DNA of 64,000 nt from Amoebophrya sp. A120. Lineage: Eukaryota > Protista > Dinoflagellata. Under the pieces are notes generated by a model. That model had not been told where the DNA came from and ran no database searches. It saw only the letters and a program-made list of their open reading frames with translations. Shown here piece after piece: positions 24,301 through 33,629 of the stretch. The first letter of the stretch is position 1. Each line of letters begins with the position of its first letter. A program made the position numbers and the translations under genes. Location of the stretch: positions 4,754,921 to 4,818,920 of the forward strand of contig CAJINV010000006.1 in assembly GCA_905178155.1 (NCBI GenBank), given 5' to 3'.

Positions 24301-25376
24301 AACATTCCCAAATGTCCCTCGGCGGTGGGTCCGACCCGTATGCGCGGGTGACGTATTGGCCGTTCCTCCCCTCGAAGCAGGGCATCATCGAGGAGATGAC
24401 GGTGAAAACGAAAACCATCCAAGACACAACCGACCCGGTGTGGGACGCGGAGTTTCAGTTGCAGTACAACTGGGACCCAGAACTGCTGATCGAGGACCAA
24501 GAAATGCAGGAAGGGGGTTCGGACACCGGATCCGGCCCTCAGATGGCCAGCACCCGGGTGTCCGGACAATTAGCGGACCCGAATGCGAACCCGATCGACA
24601 GGCTGGGCTCCATGATCGCGGCCGACGGCATGCTGATTGGGGAACTGACAAAACGGTCCATGGACGAAATCGAAGAATTGTTCCGGGATGTGATGCAAGA
24701 TTTCTTACACCACCTGGGCATCGGAACAAACGGTGGGCACGGGCCAACTGGAGGTCACCACCATGGCGGCGCTGGTGGTGGTGGGGGAGTCAATAACGCA
24801 ATAACGTCCTCGGGCGCAGCCGGTACTGCTACAGCCGGAACAGGACCGGGCAGTGCAGCAGCCGGCGCTCCAGGAACTAATGCTGCTGGAACATCTTCAA
24901 ACGGCGCAGCAAATACAACAGGATCTACAGCACTCGCCGGAGCTAATGCAATAACAGCAGCGAATAACGCTCCTGGTGCTGCAGGAATTATGCTGAACAA
25001 CGGAATTAATAACAATGCGATGTCCAACGAGTCCCTCCAATCCGAAGTGCACTCTCTCCGGAAGGAGGTGAGACAATACAAGACGGATCTGCAGAAGATT
25101 ACGCAGAGCCTCCAGGATTTGGTAGACGTGGTCAGAAGTAACAACGGATCAACTTCCGTGACTGGCAATATCAATCCGGGTAGCAACTATCCCATCGGAA
25201 TGAGCAACGGCGTCCCTGGTGGTCCAGGAACATCAACATCAGCAGGAACCAATTTCGGAATGGGAGGTGGTCCGTCAGGTTTGAACACAAGTAACTTCAA
25301 CAACCCAACAGGGGGCAATGGACAGAATGCGCAACAAAACCAGCCGTTTTACGCGGCGGGAATGGGGCTGGGCTGA
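21324..25376 (+). CDS. Voltage-gated 6-TM K+ channel with N-terminal EF-hand loop and two C-terminal C2 domains (~1060 aa)
   Basis: Exons 21324-21621, 21782-22033, 22210-23254, 23478-23995, 24307-25376 total 3183 nt. S4 LRVIRLIRLVRLMK; pore FWWTVVTLTTVGYGD; EF loop DVDGSGTVGWWE; C2 motifs IDIYDEDNHGDHDFLGEV and LFLKVIRARGVRNAD...GSDPY...DPVWDAEF. Confidence 0.88.
21622..21776. mobile_element. Introner, family A
   Basis: Perfect repeat GTTTC; restores LSVFRRLFSIL. Confidence 0.93.
22034..22209 (+). other. GT-AG intron, probably a decayed introner
   Basis: Restores the EF-hand DVDGSG|TVG; flanking repeats CGGTA/AGGTA; residual IR and tttgtcatgc. Confidence 0.8.
23255..23477 (+). other. GT-AG intron with family D-like residual IR
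   Basis: Restores EERRLSAAHE leading into the C2 domain; ttgagaatgtt / aacctctcaa near the ends. Confidence 0.75.
23996..24301. mobile_element. Introner, family E (long TIR)
   Basis: About 55-bp TIR TATgg.tgtgtcaggatcgaaat; perfect repeat ACATT; restores GLHSQMSLGGGSDPY. Confidence 0.92.
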
Positions 25377-28300
25377 CGAGGATTTGTTTTCTCTTTGAGT
25401 TTTCTCGGTGAGAACAAAGACTCTTCTCTTTGATCCCTAAACTTATTAATTCAGGATACTTATAGCTAGCAAGAGCGATTCACTATCATACAGCTCTAGC
25501 TCAACATCAGTGTGTAGATTTCTTTTTGTGTGTAGACTTAGAAATGACGAAGATGCAGGAGGACATGGCTTGTGTAAAAGGCCTCCCTTGCACTGTGCAA
25601 ATGCTCCTCTCTTTGCCTTTCTACATCACCATCTGTACATTACTAGTAGTTCTTCGCTTTTTACAAGCTTTTGCTTTACCCCACGAATTCGCTTTCTGCG
25701 GTCGTGTGTCTATTGTTTCTCATAGTTTCCATATTTTTTAAACGTACACGACCCCTTCAGTTCCACCAAGTCATACAATAGCCTCAGAATGCTCACATGT
25801 GCTTACCTACATGTTGACCTGCGCATGCGAAGCTCGTTGCTTATTTTCTAACCCCCAAACCCCAGCTTTCGTCACGTAAAACATTCTTTATTTTTTTCTC
25901 GTTTTCGGCACATGGCGTCGCTCTCTGCCCTTACACTCTCAAGAGTAGATCTCAACTACGTCGCGCAAGATTAAGGCGCAATACTGCATTCAGCATGATA
26001 CTAGGTCGGTGAAAATGCATTATTGCCGTGGTCCTCTTAAAAGTGTATTGCGCAGTAGAAGTGTCGTGAGCGCAGTAAATGCGCCCATGAAAGACGAGAA
26101 AAGCCGCACGAACAACATGTCCTCTGATTTCGCGATCTGAACAAGAAGGCGGCCTCTGCAGTTGCAGAGGGCGAGAACTAGTATTTTGATCTCGAAGTAG
26201 AAGATTTGCGAAAACAAGGACAGGATAAAGTACAAAACCAAAAGCTTCACGTGATGAAAAATCTGAATCGACAAAAAGCCCTTGCTCATGAACATTAACA
26301 TGCACTACTCCAGAGTTTTGCCAACGACAAACTTCATCCCGCAAAGATGGAAACCACATCAAAGAGCGCAGCGCTGCATTTTTTTAGTATAGCCCAGCGC
26401 GCCCTTCCTATCATTTTCATTTTCTGTTCCGTATTGTCATTGATGTACTTGCTGCGTGTTTTACATCACTGTGCGAGATTGACCGTATTACCTGGTGGGG
26501 AAGGAGAGCGAGAGGAGGTAAGCGCAAAAAATCGGGTGGAAGGCCCAGATGCTTGATATTATAAACGCGAGCGAGCCGAAATCGAAAACGAGAAAAAACA
26601 CGAGTGAAGGCCCTTACAGGAGGCCCTGAAGATGAGGCCCGCCATAACAGAGATCTTCTCTCGTGTGGCGTGTTGCCGGAAAGTGGTTCTCCTGCGTGGT
26701 GCAACTCTGCCTGTGCGCGAGGAGTGTGAGTAGGCTAATTTGCATTGAAGAGCATTTTGTAGCCCCTCTATTTCGAGTTGGAGAGTTGTGCACCAATAAG
26801 GAGGCGAGGACTCCTCCTTGGCGTCTCGGGTCACAAGAACAGACGCAGAGGATGTGGTAGCCGGATGCTGCGAGAGCAATATCGAGGCTAGCTGGTCCGC
26901 GGCGTCGCCTGTCTTCGTTGAGGCCCACCGGTGTGCATGGGCGCGGCGAAATGGCTCGGGGCCGGGGGCGGTTGGCCGCCTTCAACCTGTGGCCGGCCGA
27001 TTAGTGGCGGAACGGGAGAGCCCCCACTTTGTGGCGAGACAACCGCTGGCGTAGCGAGAAGATGCCAGGTGTTCACGAGCTCCACATCGCCGCAGCGCCG
27101 GCGCCTGTTCCCGAGCGAGCCAGTGGCCCCGCCAGCGTGGGCAGGCTTCCTCTTTGGCGCGCGTTGTTCTCGCCGCCGCCCCTGGCTCCCGCCCCCGCGC
27201 AACCCTAGCCTGCGCGCCCCCGTCCCCCTACGGGGGCAGCAGGTTGGGCCATCGCCTCGCGGGGCCGGCCCGGCCTTCGCTTTATTTTGTTAGTTTTCGG
27301 CGGCGGGCGCGAGATTTTGCCCCTCTGTGCCCCTCTGCTGCCTGTTAAGGCCGTGAAAGTAAGAAGGAGCAGGCACAGGCCCGGGCGAGCCGCCTGCGCA
27401 GGGATGTTGGTTGGGGCCCTTGTATCATCCGCATCCGCCGGGCGCCTTGCTTTCCAATGTCGCGCGCGGCTAGTCGGCTCGGGTGGATAATTGCTGCTCC
27501 CAATGGCAGAGCGTTACGTCGCAAAAAATTAATTATGCGAACAGAATCTGAGTCCATGCCAGGTCCTTGAGCATGTTCGTTCCCGAGCTCTTTGCATTGA
27601 TTCATGGCCATGGGCGTGAGCCATCCATCGATCTGTTCATGGGCCATTCATTATCATCCCGGATGGGGCGACATTGTTCTGATCCGATTCCGATCAGAAT
27701 ATATTTTGAATTTCGTCTGCCCGGCTTCCGGTGATCATTTTTGCTTCTCTTCATCTTCTCTTTCTCATTGGGAGAATTGTCATCATGTTATATCCACATC
27801 TTTATCTTCTCATTTATCTCCTCATGTTTGCTCATCATCCGAAAATAGAAAGATCTCATATTTCCTCGATAATATCTGTATTGTAGGGAAGGATCCATCA
27901 TGAATGAATATCGAAAGATTGCTCGTCTATAAATGATTTGCAAAAAGTGACTCAATTTCAGATTCAAAATAGGATTTACAATTTTTTTTCCGATTATGTA
28001 TCTCATATCATTCCATAGATAGGATCTGGATCGATGCAGAATGAATATGAATACAAATCTAAGAAAAAAATGAAAATTTTTCAAAAAAATGGGGTGAGGT
28101 AATTTATTATATCATGTTGATTAAAAAGATTCTATGAATCTACTCTTTTTGTATTTCCAAAGAAAAACAAGAATTCTCTTTTCTTTCTTTCTGGTCATGT
28201 CTGGGTATGATTTAAATTTGTCATAGGGTCGGTTCGAGATTGTCCTTTTTCTTTTCCTCATCAATTATAATTCCTTCTCTCTCAAAAATAAGATAATGAT

Positions 28301-30594
28301 AAAATTCTAATAATGATATGAAGATAATCCGAATAGAAATTGAAATCATATTTGAGTTTGGTCCCGCCCTTGTAGGGAAGGGAGCCCATGTGTTCGGAGC
28401 ACAAAAGTGCTTGGTCTGTCTTTAGGACCCAGCAGATGCCAGGACCGACTGGCAACGCGCTCAGAGTGAGACAATGTATCCGCCTCAGCTACGCGAGGCC
28501 TGTGGAGTATCTGGCCTAGTTCGGTCCGTGGAACGCTCGCCGCAGCAGGTCTAGCTCGCAGTTAGACCATCGTGCGCCGCCTTCAGCGTCTAAAAACATT
28601 GCCCACGCCCCTGTAGCCTCCCCTGTGGCATGCCCGTCGCATCCGATCGGCTGTGTGTGCAGCCCCGGAGCATACGACAACGGGACGCCAATACAGGGCC
28701 ACGCAGCGAGCGCGCAAAGATGTGCGAGACACGAAGGCCCGCGACTGCCATGCGCGCGCCTCCCTGCCACCTAGCAAGCACCTGAAAGCCATGGGCCCGC
28801 GTCCGAAGGATTGGGTTGCGCCCCCCATCGCTCTTACTTACGCGCGTTGACGCATGCAATGCCCTCGCAGGGCTGGTCCCTGCGCCTTTCCCGTGTGTCC
28901 GCGTCTGCCCTCCGGGTTGCTGCCGTAGAGGTTGCCCTGGCATCGGGGGGCCTGCTCGTAGTAGATTCCCCCCCTCCTCTCTCTATCTGTGGAGAGATGG
29001 AGCAGTAGCATCCGCTAGAATACAGGATGCACGATGAACGCGGCACAAGGCCTGTAGCCCGCCGCCGACGTTGAAAGATCTCAGCCGGCCGATGGCTCGC
29101 AAATTTGCCGCCTAAAAGATTTCCGATTTTTTTCTAATATTGTGGGCCCCACATTGTTCCGGCTTGGCGCCCCCCTTGCTTCTTTTCGTCGTGGCCCCGC
29201 GAGTCCTTGGCCCCAAGGGTTCTGGTGGTAGTCCGGGCAAGGGTTTTTCGCCGATAGTTTTTGCAGGTTTTGGAAACTGGGGCGGTGGGGATTTGTGTTT
29301 TTGGAATTGTTTGGCGAAGATTGCCCGGCCCGGGGTCTGCAGGGCCCGTGGCGCATCGTTTCCCGGGTCGTTCAAGTTTTGCGCCCCTGCGATTTTTGTG
29401 CCCCAGAAGGAAGGCAGCGCGATTGTTTTCCATTTGTCTCGGGCCACATATTAATGGTTGGCCCCGGCCCGCCCGGCCGAGGTTCATGAGGGGCGCAGAA
29501 GTGGGGCGGGGGGGGGTCTAATTTGGGGTCTAATTTCGCTTCTAATTTGTTTCTAATTCCAGCATAGGGAATGTGGAAGGAATTGCAATGAAAAAAATTA
29601 GCCGCGACTTAGCCAGGAATTTAGGCGCGAAGTTAGTCGCCTGCCTTAGCATCGATTTAGGCAAGGAATTAGCCGGAGGCAAGAGGCGCCCCGCCCGTTC
29701 TGTTTCCGGCTAGGCGGTTGTTGTTGATCATTTCGTCGGGCGGCTTCCCGGTTTTTTCTGTGGGTGAATTGCCGCCCCCCATAATCTTGCACATCGCGCC
29801 GCCCCTCCCCTCGGGGCCGCCTCCCTTCTGGGCCATTTTCTCTCTGGATGGGAAGGGCCCAAGGGTGTTCGGTATTTGGCCGCGAAGTTCCTGGCCCCGC
29901 TCGTTTTTGGTGTCCCGCCTCACATGATTTCTGTTCGGTGGCCTTCGGGTTGGGTGTTGTCTTTGGCGGCATTGCCGCCACTTTCTTTTTCTTGTTTTCC
30001 TTCGCAACATTAGAAAAAACATAGCAAGTTTTAAGCCTTGGAGAATGCCCGGGGCCGGCTGCCTGAAAGATCGTGGCAAAATCAATCAACACGACGCTCG
30101 TAGCGAAGACGCATTGATGCGGCCATCAGGAGCATGGATATAGAGCCCGCCGGTGCGTTCTAAGTCTGTCGCCCCCCCAGCAAAGGGCGGCCCAGGCACC
30201 TCCAGGATCCTTGTTCACCTCTTGTGGTGTTCGTCCACATTCGTCATGAATGCAGAGGGTTCCTTCACACCCTTGCTCGCCCATACTACGTTGGGTGGAT
30301 CGCTTTCCGAGAGACAGGGTCAAATTTAGAGCAGCACAAACCTCTCGCAGAACCGCGTGGAGCATGTATGTATGTATATTTGAGTTTGATATCCATCTGA
30401 GAACTCCCTTGAGATAATCTTTTTCTTGTTTCTTTCTGATCATGTCTGTGCTTGATAGATTCAAATAAAAAAAGAATTTCATCGGAGATCCGATCCGAGA
30501 TTATCCAATATTTTTTTTCAATATCCATCATCAAATTCTTTTCTCTTCAATGGAAGAAGATCGAGATATCAATCTCTGGAATTTGAAATTTCTC

Positions 30595-30732
30595 GGTTTA
30601 GGGTTTAGGGTTTTCAAAGGCCATATCTATTTCTACACCAATAGGCTAAAGATATCGATGACAGGACAAGAGAGATCTTCATGAAGGATTTCTTCAGGGC
30701 CTTGAACATTTGACGCCATGCCCAGGCACGAC

Positions 30733-30770
<38 letters not shown>
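30595..30770 (+). mobile_element. 5'-truncated retro-type insertion: telomeric repeats, ~120-bp body, (AAAG)n tail
   Basis: Perfect 10-bp TSD GAAATTTCTC (30585-30594 / 30771-30780); begins GGTTTAGGGTTTAGGGTTTT. Confidence 0.75.
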
Positions 30771-30772
<2 letters not shown>

Positions 30773-30774
30773 AA
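30733..30774 (+). repeat. (AAAG)~10 microsatellite tail
   Basis: Read directly from the sequence. Confidence 0.95.
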
Positions 30775-32690
30775 TTTCTCATAATTTTTTCTTTCTTGTT
30801 TCTTAGAATGATTCTCAGAATAATTTTGAATTCATCTCATCATCTTGATATTCATATCATTCTCGAAGGAAACATTCCAAATTCAAGATTTCTCATTCAT
30901 TTTTTTTTATTCTTCCTCTCCGATCTTCATTCCTACCAACAATTTCGCCAGATTGATTATTCCTATAAAATAAAACACAATCTACAAATGATACATCCGA
31001 ATCTAGATAATGAAAAACACCAAAGAAAACATAATAAGAAAACAGATTCATTGAGGATAATTTGAAGATACAAAGATATTACGAAGATCGACAAGATAAT
31101 GCTAAAAATTTTAACGATTTTCATCCATCCAAGACAATGGAAAAATATCTCTCTCCACCATCCAAAAGAAAAATTTTTCCTCATGAAAATTCTTGATTTT
31201 TTCGAGAGGAAACGATGATGATGATAATTCGATGAAATTCCAGGATTTCCTGGAATCGGAGTCAGGATTTCAATTTCATGAGGTCTAGGAGTGAAATCTT
31301 TCAAAAATTTGGATTTATCATTATTCGAATGAACCTCCAGATAATTCCAATTATCACCTGAAGCTGAACACATCAGATGGATGAGATTAAGATGAATCTT
31401 AGATCGATTGATCCATTCCGAATCCTCTTTCTTCCGATAAAATTCATAGACATGGGTGGTGAAAATGGCGAGCACCTCGAGAACCCCAGTAGTGATTATC
31501 GACATTGGAATTGGAACATGTTCCCGGTCGAGGAGTCAACGAAATCCACAATAGACGAGTGCTAGAAATGCTTCCACCTTGTAGAGGATCGCACCCCGAG
31601 GAGTATTTGTTTTTCTTTATTTTTTCTTCATCAATGACAAAGCCGGGCCCATGGGCCCTCCCCCGTTGGTTGCGTGGGCGCGACCTTCCAGCCCGGCGAG
31701 ACTCATGCCGCCACACGTGCCAACACGCAGACAACCTACCCATGGCGGCGGCGCGATACATAGAGGGCCGCGCGCCACATAACGACGACGGAGGAGCGAG
31801 CCAACCTGGGGGCGGCCTCGCGCGGGGCCAAAAAATAGGTAGCAAGCGCAGGCAGGCTGGCACCCGGCCGCGGGGCGCCGCGCTTGGGTCGGGCGGGGGG
31901 TTGATACGCCACAAGTCGCGGCGCGTAACACACTAGCCGGGCAGTGCCACGCCTGGGCTCCAGAGGGGGGGCCCCGGGGAGACAGCGACCCTGTCCCCAA
32001 GGGGCCGCCGCGAGCGCAGACGCGCATCCAGCTAGCACACACAGAGGCGGCCGCGCCCGCCCGGCGCGCACGCAGCGCCGGCGCAGGTATGCCCAAGGAA
32101 CCAGGCGGGGCCGCAGTTTTGCAGCCAGCGCGTGCCGGCCCGATCGGTTGCGCAGCGTTGCCAACATCTTGGCGCCCCCCCGGTCTCGGGATCGCTCGGC
32201 GTTGGCCACGTTTGCATTTCGCACCTGGATACATCCAGCCACCACCTGGCCGAGTGCGGGGCGCTTCCTGGTTGGTTTGGGGCACTGTCGCGGCCGTCGG
32301 CAATGCGGGAAATTTTGAAGCGTTCGGATGCTTGCGCCTCCAGACTCCTCTCGTTAAAGCGTTGCCACCATCTCCAGGACGAAACATATTTGCAGTGCAT
32401 AGTCTGAATCTGTTGCATTGGATTGTCCACCTCTTGCTGATATTACGATTCGAAGATTATCTATGATTCGCTCATGATTAGCATTGATGTTTCCGAATGT
32501 TTTTACCTGCCTCTCACTCACTCTCCAACTTTTGGTTAGGCGACATACACATATCTGCTGGAAAGCAACGCCGACGCTGTGACTCAATGTAGAACAACAA
32601 CACTGCGGAAGATTGAGCTTGAATTTCGAGGCGGAGTATCTGTTTTTGTTTTTCTTTTTTCCTTCAATGACATATTGTACAGGGTAAGGA

Positions 32691-32931
32691 TATGGGTGTG
32701 TCAGGATCGAAATTCTCAAAGTTGAAAAAAAAATCCGGGGGCCCCTGAAGAGGTGCCGGGATTTTGCGTTTCAACTCTGACACATTCGCCCCCCCTCCGA
32801 GCTAGCCACCACGCTATGCTGGAATGTGTCAGAGTTGAAGGGGGTCCCGGAGGGGGTGCCCTGAAGGCCCCCGCCAAGGACTGCCAGAATTTTTTTTCAA
32901 CTTTGACGATTTCAATCCTGACACTGCCATA
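32691..32931. mobile_element. Family E TIR element, apparently non-genic
   Basis: Same TIR type as 23996-24301; perfect repeat AAGGA; internal perfect 18-bp IR 32770-32787 / 32822-32839. Confidence 0.9.
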
Positions 32932-33629
32932 AAGGATCTCATCGTCATCTCTCGGATTTATCTCCGGCTTTTCTTCATATGTATCCGCTCTCGATCTCAT
33001 CTGGTGCTGTGACTGATTTGTATTTCATCTACGTGCCAGATGACCCCGGACGCGAAAGGCGTTGCTGCCGCCCCTCTATCAAACCTCGCACGGCCGGTAG
33101 CATTTTGATTTTGTTTGCGTCTGTCCAGCTGCCTGTGCCTACATACTGTGCTTCTCAATCTTACTGGTACACACGTGGTGAAACTGAAAACTTCGCGCTG
33201 AAATAGCATCGGTGCGCTTCGTATCGTAGAACTCTATCAAGGTATTGGTTGAAGTAAAAATCTTAATCTTAGCACGAAAGAACAAAGCTAATCAAGGTCG
33301 GCTGCTGGTGTGGTAAGAAGTTTAATTTTGTTTTGAGCCTTGTGATAATTGAACTGCGAAACGTTCGATTTCCATTCTGTATTGACTCATTTACTTTTCA
33401 GATGCAATGCAATCTAGTAAGTATTGTGAACCGTTGTAAAACTAAAACTCAATCTCTGCTGTTAACTTAAAGACGTGACAATGACAACATCACTTGTGAT
33501 GAGGTGTAGCCGCTGAAAGCTCTGATGCAATAGGCTCTTCAATGGCGAGTTTGATATTGAAGCAAGACAAAGAAACTATCAGAGCTGAAATTTTCACTGG
33601 CCGGCGTGTCGCCACAATGTGTCGCTCGC

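Larger units (their letters stand above)
26546..32400. mobile_element. Nest of degenerate repeats/TE remnants: GC-rich arms alternating with hypermutated AT-rich blocks
   Basis: No credible spliced gene; abrupt composition switches; partial similarity of 31626-31740 to 37788-37902. Boundaries approximate. Confidence 0.5.

Noticed and set aside
26546-27550. Possible third CAG...CTG element
   Set aside because: Only about 7 of 8 terminal bases match and the flanks (AAGGCC/AGTCCA) give no clean 6-bp TSD.
32372-32401. Orphan family C right end, raising the idea that the whole TE nest lies inside one introner
   Set aside because: I found no matching left end or GTCTG repeat upstream.
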